From the NCBI GenBank assembly GCA_021613535.1, contig CP075496.1, positions 1,240,001-1,304,000 on the forward strand: a stretch of 64,000 nucleotides of DNA, given 5' to 3'. Every line of letters begins with the position of its first letter. Position 1 is the stretch's first letter. Of the stretch, positions 27,796-39,391 are shown one piece after another. A program made the position numbers and the translations under genes. The notes below the pieces were generated by a model. The model made no database searches, was not told the origin of the DNA, and worked only from the letters and a program-made list of their open reading frames with translations. Source of the DNA: Adineta vaga. Lineage: Eukaryota > Animalia > Rotifera.

Positions 27796-28336
27796 TTTCG
27801 AATTTGTATGATTTCTGTTAAATAATCACCATAGTAGCTGAACTATTTTATTTGTACAATTAGCTGCCATCAGCTATATGAAAGCACGAATCACACGGAA
27901 GAGTAAAGTAGATGGCGCAGTTTGTTGTAGACATGTCGAAGGACGATTCTGAATCTGAAGGAGTTGATAATAATCTTATAGATCGGTTCCCAAGTATTTG
28001 ATGAATCTAGATGAAAAAGTCGTCTAGTTGACGAATGATAGGTATGTCATCAAATGTGCTACTTATCGTTCTTTGAATTCCATGTTTACAAAATTTAACA
28101 TTCTCATCGAAATTTATTGGTGTTTCTGTCGACCTTTGATAGAAGAAAATCATGTTCAAGACACTTGCTAGTTAAACATATCTTCTCTCTGTTCCATGAG
28201 TATTGCCTTAATTGTTCTCATTATATTATGTTAATTGAGTAATATTTATCAAAAATGAAATTAGCTTTTCAAAGATAGGACATAGAAGATGAGAAAACGA
28301 TACAAAAATATGTCTTTTTAGTCTTTTCTTAATGTT

Positions 28337-28373
28337 CAGGTCAGTCAAAACGGACCGTATCGTTCGACCTGGG
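28337..28373. mobile_element. Collapsed 37 bp derivative of the MITE at 32379-32524
   Basis: caggtcagtcaaaacgg joined directly to accgtatcgttcgacctggg, i.e. the two ends of the longer copy. Confidence 0.6.
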
Positions 28374-28608
28374 TGCTTTCTGAATTTCGAGCGAAAAAAT
28401 ATGGAACTTTCAGGAGAAAAATCCTGAAGTGTTCATTAATTATTCGCATCTTGAGAATAGGAAGAGAACAAATAATTTGAACGTAAAATAATTTCTAGTT
28501 CGAATAAAAATGATGAAACTTCACCTCGAATCTTTCTGTAAAATAGAAATACATTTCTATTCATTTACTTTTCAAAGTCGCAATATTTTGCAAAATACAA
28601 GACCTATT

Positions 28609-30992
28609 TCAAAAATAGTCTTCGCACGAACATAAACCATCAGGAGTGAAATGATGTATTCGATTGGCATCTCGGATCAGAATTGTACATCGTCTAATTT
28701 TACAAATCATTTTGGTTGATTCATCTAAAATCAAACAAGTAAACTAAACGAATAAATGTCAATCAAAATAACTCACGACAATCTCGACATATGCGAAGAT
28801 TTTTTGCAATTTGAATCATTGTTGGTTTTGCGGGTTGAATAAAATGGAAGGCAATAGCTAGTTTTTCACTATGCCCACAAAGTATTGATTCAACATCTTC
28901 ATCATTCATCAAAATGCGAGTATTTGAACTTGAATCAAATCGATAACCATTTTGAATAAGTTCTTCTCGTATTCGTTGAAGTTCATTAAAAATCATCAAT
29001 GCTTGAGCATGAGATCGATCATGAGCACCAAATTTCTAAACAAATATTTCATTCTTTCCACTAAAACAACTAAAATATCTTTTAAATTACATAAATTTTT
29101 CCATTTAATTCTGTCCATGAGATGCCTTGTTGTTTGTTACCACGTTCATCTTTCAGCTTTTTCTTTATATATGTGGCTTCTTCTAAGTCGCCAGATGATC
29201 GATAAGTATTAGCTAGAAGAATTGCCGCTGGAATCAATTTTTGTTTACAGTTTGCAAATCTTGTCTCTATTCGTTCGTAAATTTCTTTGGATAAAGAAGA
29301 ATTTCGTTGATTTCGAGCACCAGATAAGAGTGACACTGAAATAACAACAAACAAATTAGTATAATTATCACTTTACTTCTCTTAAATATCGTCGGATCTT
29401 CTCATTTCATGCATTCATAGAATTAAACTGAACTTACTATACATCGGTAACGATGGAGTATGAAGATGTTCATATTCATTAATAATTGTTGTAGCTTCAT
29501 TCCAAAGAAATGCTCGACTTAAACAATCAACCTAAAAAAAAAGAAAAATCAAGACAATTATCGTATATTAATGAAAATTTACTTTACCATTGCGGTAACA
29601 GCATATTCATGTTTTACTGGAATATTTCTAAAGATTTCTCTTGCTTCGACAATCAGACCGGAGTGTGAACAAGCATTTAGAACAGAAACATAAGTTCGAT
29701 CATTCAATATTTCCGATGGAATTTTATGAAACAACTTGATGGCTTGTGAACCCATTCCATTCAATCCATAGGAATGAACTTAAAGCAAAACAAAATTAAG
29801 AGAAAACGATATCAGAAAATTTACTCATTGCAGTGAATGAGATAATATCTGGTTGAATCAATGTTTGAAAAAGTTTTTCGCATTCATTAATGACACCAGC
29901 TTTCCCCTAGAAATTATTTTGGCATAAAAAAAATCTTCGAGATTAATCAACGTTTCATTTCACTTACCCACATGTCAAGTAGAGCATTTTGAATCGAAAA
30001 GTTGTGCAAAAGATGTTGAGGAATTTTTTTAACTATACTTCGACAAACACTTTCAAGTCCAGTTCGGCATGCAGCGTTAATTAAGAAAAGAAAAGCTATT
30101 CGATCGGGTTTAAATCCGTCGTTGATCATTTGATCGTAGAAATCAAAAGTTTTTTCTGGCTCATTATTTAGATTGGAAATTTTCATAAACATCCGATATT
30201 TAATATCAGATTTGGGCATTTTTGAAATATATTCTGCAGCAGATTTGATTTCATTAGCTATTAAAAACATATCCGCAGCGGTACACAGAATAAATTGATT
30301 TTTTTTATAGTTTGAATTGAGTTTGTTTAAAACTTCTTTTGCTAAATTTAATGAATGTTTATCTGCTAATTTTGCACATGCATTAAGAAAAAAAACAATC
30401 ATTTGTTCATTCGGATTTGGAATTGTGAAGAAAAGATCAATCGCTTTTTTACACAAATTGTTTTTGACCAAACCTAAGAAAAAAGCAAGTAAGAGAAATG
30501 TATATAGAGCAATTTAGTTAAATTCAATTGACCTTTGAGCATAGCACCATACATGCCTGGAGATTTATGAGAAGCATCATCAAAGATTCGTTGTGCATTG
30601 TAAACATCACCAGATTGAACTACAAAGGAAAGAAAAGATTTTCAGATGAAATTTATTTAAGGAAATTTACTCAATAAATGAATAATTGATGTTAACAGAT
30701 GATAATCTTTTAGATTTGTTTCGGATGAGTATTTTTGAATAATCTTTTGGCCAAGTTGAAAGTTTTCTAATCGTTGACAAGCTTTTAATGCTTGAGCTAG
30801 AGATCTTGGTGAAGGAAGTTCATCAGATTTGTTTTCATATGCATGAAATAGACGCAAGGATTCTTCAAATTGATTTCGATCATTGAATTTTTTCATTTCA
30901 ACATCCAAACTAGATGATGAAGTCAATTTGATTGAGGTTTTAAAACGAATACAATGAAAGAGATAACGACTGAATAGAACCCTTTTGAGCAT
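28609..30992 (-). CDS. PLS-class pentatricopeptide repeat protein with E and DYW cytidine-deaminase domains, predicted mitochondrial
   Basis: Arg/Ser-rich presequence MLKRVLFSRYLFHCIRFKTS; PPRs including VSVLNACSHSGL; ILLANTY; PG-box-like QGISWTE; HSEKLAIAF; KNLRICRDCH; RDANRIHHF...CSCEDYF*; ~9 exons. Confidence 0.92.
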
Positions 30993-32378
30993 CTAAAAAA
31001 TTTTCATTTAAATATAAAATATTTTATCTTTCAATGTAAACGATATTTCATTCTAGAGAAAAAAATTAATTTATCTTTTCATTGCTTTTGTACCATGAAC
31101 GATTGTTCTCATATTCAAAATGGATACATCGAACTAATTCATTTTTGAGAATCTATTCAATGTGACAAAAAGGGAATCAAAAGTAATTCTTAGTCGATAT
31201 TTGAACAGTTTTGATTTTGAGTGCAATCTAGAAAAGTTTCTGAATGAATATAAAAGAGAACAAATGAAATTAGTTGACTCAATCGCTTTCCTGGAAAGAG
31301 GAATTAATATATATGAAAGAGATGAGACGACGAAAACCTTGTCCTCACTATCACTAGAAGAATAATGCGAATTAAAAGTCGAATTAAATCGTTATCGGTC
31401 TTCACTTAGAAATTAATGAACCAATAGAAGATGAGGTGGTGTCACTATCATGTAGGCAAAGTACATCGAAAAGACGCACTTTTACAAGAGGAAATAGTGA
31501 ATTTTTCGTTCTTTGTCGTATATTTATTTATTTGATGTAATTTACTTCTAAATCAGAAAATCATTTCGATTGGTGCATTACATTTAGTTCATTTTCGAAA
31601 GCTCATTAAAATAGAATTTAATTTAATTTAATTTCGATCAGTCTATTTTCTTAATTCGGCATTAAGGTTTCTAATGAAGACAAGGTCTAATCTAATATCA
31701 TGATGTGTGTAAATCCAATGAATTAAATTGTCAATATTGTATTGGCTTGTGGTTTTCATTTCTCCTCTTATTCAAAGACGTACATAATAGTAAGAGGGCG
31801 GTATATGTAAATATTGCAAATTGATATCAATGTATTGAGAATATTCATCTATTTATATTTTCATTTATATTAATAATCTACAAAAAAATCGTTGTTTATC
31901 CTTTTTCTTATATAAAGAATAAAGTCGTATTAAAATAACGGCAATCATTTTTGTAAGTTGCTTTCTATAGGAAAGTTACTTTTCCTCTCACAATTTCATT
32001 ACAAATTCAGTTCGAAATAGTTCATTGTCACCTTTTCGGATGAGAACACTTGCCGGATATTTTTAAAGGGGTTCTCTTCTAGTATTGGCCGCCTAGTCCA
32101 TTCTACCGAGGAAAAAACGAACTGATTGAATACTGTTCTAGTTTTTCCTCTATGTGTCGTTTTGGTAACGGCAAAAGCAAATTTGACTTTGAATTCTGAT
32201 GAAAATGATAGTCTTTGCGTGGATCAATTATTTGTATATCTAACAAATCTGTATGAAAAAGTCGCAAAACTTATCAATAACATTAAATGGATAACTAAAT
32301 GTGCTATATACAGTTCTTTCTTTGGATTGTATGTTTCGTCCTTTATTTTGTTTTTTTGTTTTGAAATCTAACGTTCCT

Positions 32379-32524
32379 CAGGTCGATCAAAACGGTGTGC
32401 TTACGGCGGTAAATGAACCGTTTCTCTCTGTAAAGATGGTAATACTGCGCCCGTTATTATAGTCAGTATACGGTTCCGTTTTATGTCGTAAGTAGCTGCA
32501 TATGGACCGTATCGTTCGATCTGG
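32379..32524. mobile_element. MITE-like element with short terminal inverted repeats
   Basis: Ends caggtcga...tcgatctg(g); GC-richer interior with acgg/ccgt subrepeats; related copy at 28337. Confidence 0.65.
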
Positions 32525-34465
32525 CTCTTATCTGAATTTGCTGGTAGTTCAATCATTATTTGATCAAAGAGAAATCATATTGGAGTCATTCGTTTCTAAT
32601 TAAGCATATAAGCGATCTTTCTCTGATCACCGACATTTAACTTATCATTATGGACATTTGATAAAATTTATTCAAAATGAAATTAGTCATTTAAAGTTAG
32701 AGAATGAAGAATGAGAAGGATTATATGATAAGATAATGAATCTCAGTATATTGATCACCCAGTTGCCGCTTCTTTTGAATTTAGAATGGTGGACTTACAC
32801 GGTCTCATTAACATTCGCATTTTTAACCAAAAATTATGGTAAATGATCATAATGATGATGATAATATATATCAATGCAAAGAGTTTATAACAGCGTAGAT
32901 CAAAATTTGAATTTGATTAAATATTTCAAACTTGTTCTTATATCATATCTTCATCTTTTGTTCTTCATTTATAATTTTTATTGCAAACATTTACTGTATA
33001 CCTTATAGAAAAAATTTGATTATTTATAAAAACAAATTCTATTTCTATTTCTTGAAGAAAGTAGCATCAGACAAACCAATCAAACATAACGAAACAGATC
33101 TCATCAAGCAAGTTTCATGAAGTATATATATTTGATTTCTTTGGTGTGATATATTATCTTCATGACATAGATACGAAAAATTCATCTTTTTTGTATCAAA
33201 GTGAAACAGATTCTCAGTTCATTTGAACTTATATTAAACTAAAATACAATGGATAACTTTTGTTCATAACTTTTCTTTCTGTGAAGATATGATACCACAT
33301 ATTTGAATAACTATTCATCGTTTAATCATTCGATATCTTTATACTTTGACTTCAAAACTCATTTGTTACAATGTTAACTAAACAAGTCAATTCATTCGAA
33401 AAGACTATCTATCTTCTTAAGAACAGTTGTGATGATTAAATCGTCAGCAGATGACAAAACAGCTGATATATGAATACATCAATAGTAACCATTTGCCAAA
33501 TAAACACATGGGATCTTTTTCAACAATACTGAAAATAATCGAAAACTGACAGTCAAATTACGAACAAGTTGGTTATAAGCATTTTTTCAGATGTATTAGG
33601 CACTTTCTGAAACGACTGAGTGATTTTCTCCTCAAGTTTCGAGTATTGACGAAGTTTCATTTTAGCGTAATAAATATTTCGTCGTGTAATAATGAGTAAT
33701 GTAGATCTATTTTCATCAACATTCTAATTGAATGTTTTGATCATTGAATTTAGACGAACGAATATCAATATAGTTTTTTCCTTTTACTAAGAATAGTTAA
33801 AACTATCCATAAACTAAACTATTTCAGATATTGGATAAAACTCTTGGAGTAATAGATTAACTGAACACCCCTTCTGAAGATGATGTTTACTTTTGTTCGA
33901 AACAATCACATATTACTTTTTCTTCTTTAAGCAATTTCCCATAAAAATAGTTTTTACTTGATGATCTAGTGGTTTAAAGTTCAATGAGTTGAAACAAAGA
34001 CTATTCATTAAATACTCTCGTCATGCTATGAGAAAACACCATGTTCAACATACCCTTCAGTAATTGAATTGTATACAGATTATCACTCAATGAACGTCTG
34101 TCTACATTTTTTTCTTCTATATAGCTAATCCAGACTATTGACCTAAAACTTTACATAGGAGAAACAGCTTATTGGCACTTTTAACCATAAGAAAATAAGC
34201 GGAATGTTTGGAATGAAGTTCTCACGAGTAAAAGTCAATCAACTGTAGTTAGCTTCACGATGATAGACAACAGAATAAAGCAAAATACAGATGCTTATTC
34301 TTTGAAAACTTTATTTTGATCACATTAGAAAAAAAACACAAAAAAAATAATAACCATCACATGACGCAGAAAGCAAAGCAATAAGAATCTGACCAATAAG
34401 CAAAAATAAAATCTAAACGTCAATACTGTTTTTTAAGATTCGTTTAAAATCAATTCTTTTCAAAA

Positions 34466-37435
34466 TTAATTAGGTTTTGTTAAAAGCCCATCAAATCCAT
34501 TTATTGTTCGATTCATCGATAAAATCTGTTCTCGCAATTTTGACCACAATACTTTCGATTTATCACAGAACTCTGTTGGAGGATCACCTGGAATTCCATA
34601 CAGAATGTTTGATAACGATGGAAATGGTACAACTGTATTGCTTAAGCCAAATGCAGGTCCAAATAGAATGTGTCTAAAATTATATCAAAACTCTTCTAAA
34701 TGATCTGTAGAGAAGGAAAAGTATATAAACATTACTTGGAAGTTTTATTGGGGATACTCATCCCAAATAGTTGATCATTACCAATAAATAAACGTTCGAA
34801 TTCAATCAGTTCTTGATTCAATGATTGTAAACTCATATAGCTGAATGACAACAAAACGAAGAATGACAAAATATTGTGTAATATGGAATGAAAATGTTCA
34901 TACTCTGTTTTCGATACTTGATTGATACGAGATTGAACTTGTCGAATAGATTTTGTGAATTCATTCATCGTTTTTGTAAATTCACCTAGCAGAAAAGAAT
35001 CATCGATTGATTTGAATTCAAATGAACTATTCTTTTCTTTTACTTGGATCTCCGATATGAGAAGAGACTGATTCGTATCCTCGTTTGTGATGATCAAGAA
35101 AAGCAACAACTGATCTATCAATCTGTTGAGCATAGTTTGTTAGATTGAAAGGTATCAATGGTTCATCAACTAATTGTCGAATGATTTCTGTGACAAATTG
35201 TGTATAAGCAACAAACACATCTGCTTTCATTTCATGATCACTCACAATTGGTTCCATGACGAACATAGAATGTATCATTTGCCAATGTCTAAAACGAAAA
35301 TAGATGTATGTGAAATGGCAGCAATCAACTTTTCTCTGTCGTGTGTGACAAATGAAGATTCTCGAATCTACCATCCTCAGCATGTTTACACACATACCTG
35401 TTCATCAGTCATTTCGATGAGAATAGACGGAATACCATATTGTAATTGAAATACTGATGCTGACGAATCTGAATCAATACTCTGAACAATTCCAGGACTT
35501 CGATTACGATTTGCTCTCAACCATTCATCAAACAATTTGTATGTTTCACATTTGTTTTCTTCTTGTTCGTTTGATTTCATCTGATGTTCATGATCACCAT
35601 CACGTCGTTTTCGACTATGATCATGATGATGATTTTGTTCATGCGACATCGTTGCTGTTGTTGTTGTTGTCATTTGTCGATGATAACATGTGTCACTGTG
35701 TGGAAGAGGACTGGCAACATAATTTGCAGCACGATAAGCAACTTGTTCTAAGAGAGAAGAACCATGAAGATTCAGAGTTGAATTTCCAATAATGTCATTT
35801 CCAAGATCAACATATGCAACCAGATTTCGATCGATTAAACGAGAATTATCCGCAATCCATCGATGAACTAAACAAATCATCAATGATATATTTCATCTTT
35901 GGCGTATTACAAAACTCACTTGTATAATGATCATAGTTCAAGCCAGACCAAGCACAAAACACAATTGATCGTCTAAAAGAAGAATCGTGAGACAGTTTTT
36001 CATCTAAATTTCGAATCATACTTTGGTTTCCAACCACTTTTAATTCGATTTGTATATGCTTGAATAATTTCATTGATAATTCTATTCTGTTGAACTGAAC
36101 TTAATTCAGATCCAATCATCACAAAACGTTCAGCATCGATTGTACCACGAATAGAACTCATTACAACTGGTAGTTGTGTCTGCACATCTTCCATATTGAC
36201 AACTAATCTCAATTTGATGGTGGAAAGTGTTCCACCAATTTTCATTGATGTTGACTTTTGATGCCATTGTGATGGACATGATGACCATTGATTCGAATCA
36301 GGCTGAAGAGATGCAAAGATTCTCTGAACATCATCGTATGAAAGAATTAGAACACGAATGAAATGATCTTTCGTCTTGAGAATATCATCAATATAGTTCT
36401 GACGATCTAAACTCAATGAGTGAATCGATATTTGAGATTTAGATCGCATGGATTAACATTACCTTTTCGATCAGGAAATCTTCTCCATTCATTAAAATAT
36501 GATTGTCGATGATTAGTTGTTGTTATTTGTTGATTTTCATGATCATCGAACAGAACTAAAGCATCGAATCCATAATAAATCGCTCGATGGATTTGTTCTG
36601 TTTGTGAAAGAATCGATGATTGACGTCGCATGAAAACAATGGATTTGTTAGATGCACCGAAATTGATTCCATTATTTAATAAATATGCAAAATCATCTTG
36701 TCGACCATAGTTGACATAATAGATGGAGTTTGCATCAATTGTACCCGATCTCATCAAGGACGAAAATGAAATGAAATCATTTGTTGATGAACGATCGATT
36801 TTCAGCAATTCTGTTTCACCTTTTGCATCGAATAGCTGAATACCACTCCATGGAGATGATGCATATTTGGATAAGATAGTATCATAAGAGAACTTGTTAA
36901 CATGATCTAATGAAGGTGAAAGAGATTGCCATTTGTCATATAATTTGTTCGCTGCATCAGCTTCATTTTGCATGGAACTAGAAAGAAGAATGAATCGAAT
37001 CGAATCGAATCGAATCGAGGAAATAAAAGAAAAGATCGATCGTATTTACTGATTTAGATTGATGAAGTTCGCTTTTGTAATTGCTTGAGATAGTTTTGTT
37101 TGAATTGATAGATCGACATTGAGATTTTGTTGATAAGAATTGGATGTTGATGTTCGACTATCAGTAGTTTGAGAGAATTGATAAAGTACAATGGCAACTC
37201 CACTGATACAGCCGAGTACAAAGGCGCCTAAGAGTAAAATGAAACATAGAATGGGTTGTGATGTAGCTGTTTGATGACGATGATAAGTTCGTGGACGTTT
37301 TGCAACAACTGGAAAGCGATCATTTGAAGGTGATGATGATGAATGTGTCATTCGATGATGAAGATCATCTTCATCATTATCTTCGTCGGCAGAGAGAAGA
37401 AGTGCAGCGTTTTCTTCGCTTCCTAATTGATGCAT
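34466..37435 (-). CDS. Type II membrane M28B pseudopeptidase (TfR/NAALADL2-like), copy B; 1-nt insertion frameshift near 35255
   Basis: Nearly identical to copy A across exons and introns; N-terminal exon intact (KANFINLN). Confidence 0.8.
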
Positions 37436-38340
37436 CTGAAGTCGTTTTACGCAGTTGTTTTATCAAAAATCTAAAATACAATGAATGATCTTCTATATTT
37501 TTTTTTAAATAAACAATACGTTTACATTTTGCTTTAAATACAAAATATGTAGAAAAAATAAATGGAGAGAAAGAGAGATCTTTCTATTCTGCATTATGAA
37601 GTGTGCATCGCACGTGCGTGCTCTCTTGTGATTAAAGTACGCAGCAAGTACATTCTGCACAGTTCACTAGCTTTAGACTATGAACTCACCATAAGAAATA
37701 TTCTGTAAATGCTTTCACTGAATTGATTACCATAGTAGCGGGCTTATTTTACGCTTTGAGAGGGTGAGAGGTGAGTGATTTGCATCTGCATTGTAAAAGT
37801 ACGAATGACAGAGGAGAAGTAAGTAGAGGGCGCAATGGACTGTTTTAATTCTTTAACTGTCATGACCATTTTATTGTAGATTGATTCATCAATAATGTGT
37901 GTGGTTTTTTTTATGATCGTTGAAGAAGATAATTGCTGTGTTCGTATTACATGTATTATTATAATTCATTTGAAACCTTACCATCCCATCGCTACAAACC
38001 CACGTTAGGAAAGAAAAGGAAAAGAATGAAACGGTTGCATTTCATAGAGAATTCATTACAATAGTTTGTTCCATCTCGTGTGAAGTTCTGACGTACAATA
38101 TTTCTTTGAGCATATTGTTTTCTACCTCTACCTTCCGTATATGTTTTTTTACAACAGTCACGTTCTCCAAATCTGTCTATTCTTTGCTATTGTTTTTCAC
38201 TGCAATTTTTTTATTTTACGTGTATGCTACCACTAGTTTCTCAATAAACTGATATACAATCCTTCATATTACTTAGATATTTATTAATTAGAACTAATAA
38301 AACTACGTTAGTAAAACTATTATTGTTTTATGTCTATATT

Positions 38341-38973
38341 TTATTTTTGTTTTTGTGAATTCACCGAATTATGACTTTGTATAAGATTAGCATATGCTGG
38401 TAAATGATCACCAAGTACTTTTCCAAAACCTTCGACATCATTTCGCCAATCTCGGTGTAATTCACATCCAATGGCAAACCAATTTAACAATTGTGCACCA
38501 GCAACTTCCATTCTTAACCATGCTGCATCACGTACACTTGCATTAAATGTACCACTACAATCTGTAGCTACAAATACTTCAAAACCTTCTTCTAATGCTG
38601 ATAATGTTGGAAATGCTACACAGACATCAGTAACAACACCAGCAATAATTAATTGTTTACGACCAGTTGCTTTAACAGCTTTAACAAAATCTTCATTATC
38701 CCACGCATTGATTTGTCCTGGTCGTGCAAAGTAAGGTGCATCAGGAAACATGTTTTTTATTTCGGGTACCATTGGTCCATTGGGACCTTGTTCAAAACTA
38801 GTTGTAAGTATGACAGGTAATTTAAAAAATTTGGCAATATCAGCGAGAGCTAAGACATTATTTTTAAATTCATCGGCACTAAAATCACGTACTAATGAAA
38901 GAAGACCCGATTGATGATCGACGAAAAGTACAGCAGCTTTATCTTTATCTAATCGATTGTATTTAAAAGGCAT
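38341..38973 (-). CDS. ycaC: YcaC-type isochorismatase-family cysteine hydrolase, bacterial-like, intronless CDS
   Basis: RLDKDKAAVLFVDHQSGLLSLVRD, TTSFEQGPNGP, RPGQINAWDNEDFVKAVKATG, AGVVTDVCVAFP, CELHRDWRND closely follow E. coli YcaC as recalled. Confidence 0.93.
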   Translation of the reverse strand: MPFKYNRLDKDKAAVLFVDHQSGLLSLVRDFSADEFKNNVLALADIAKFFKLPVILTTSFEQGPNGPMVPEIKNMFPDAPYFARPGQINAWDNEDFVKAVKATGRKQLIIAGVVTDVCVAFPTLSALEEGFEVFVATDCSGTFNASVRDAAWLRMEVAGAQLLNWFAIGCELHRDWRNDVEGFGKVLGDHLPAYANLIQSHNSVNSQKQK

Positions 38974-39391
38974 ATTCGACTGGTTCGATTCGTATTCTAC
39001 TAGATAAATGGACGAGAAAAGAAATATTAACACTCATTATTCGTACAGGTCGAAAATATATATATATATGTATAAATAGATTTTTGCTTCGTAATAATGT
39101 ATACGTGTTTCAAATGGAAATATGCGCTGTCAAAAGGAAGAATAAAAAATGCTTTATCATTCTTAATGTATACTTTTTGCGCTTAGGTTGTAAACAACAA
39201 AAGAGAGGGTGTTTTTTCTATTTCAACACCTTGTCATCGAACGATAGCAAGGACGATTCATAAACAAATTACGAATCAACAATACATTCTCTTTCATATT
39301 CACGATATGAAAAGTCTTCTTTATCATTAATTTCTATCAGAATTTATTATTTGACTTATATTATATAAATAAATAAATAAATAAATACTAA

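Noticed and set aside
31162-31420. Short helical ORF remnant upstream of the PPR-DYW gene
   Set aside because: Broken by a stop and has no recognisable family; possibly pseudogenic but not supportable
33100-34260. Coding-like fragments between the MITE and TfR-like copy B
   Set aside because: Too degraded to assign any product by eye
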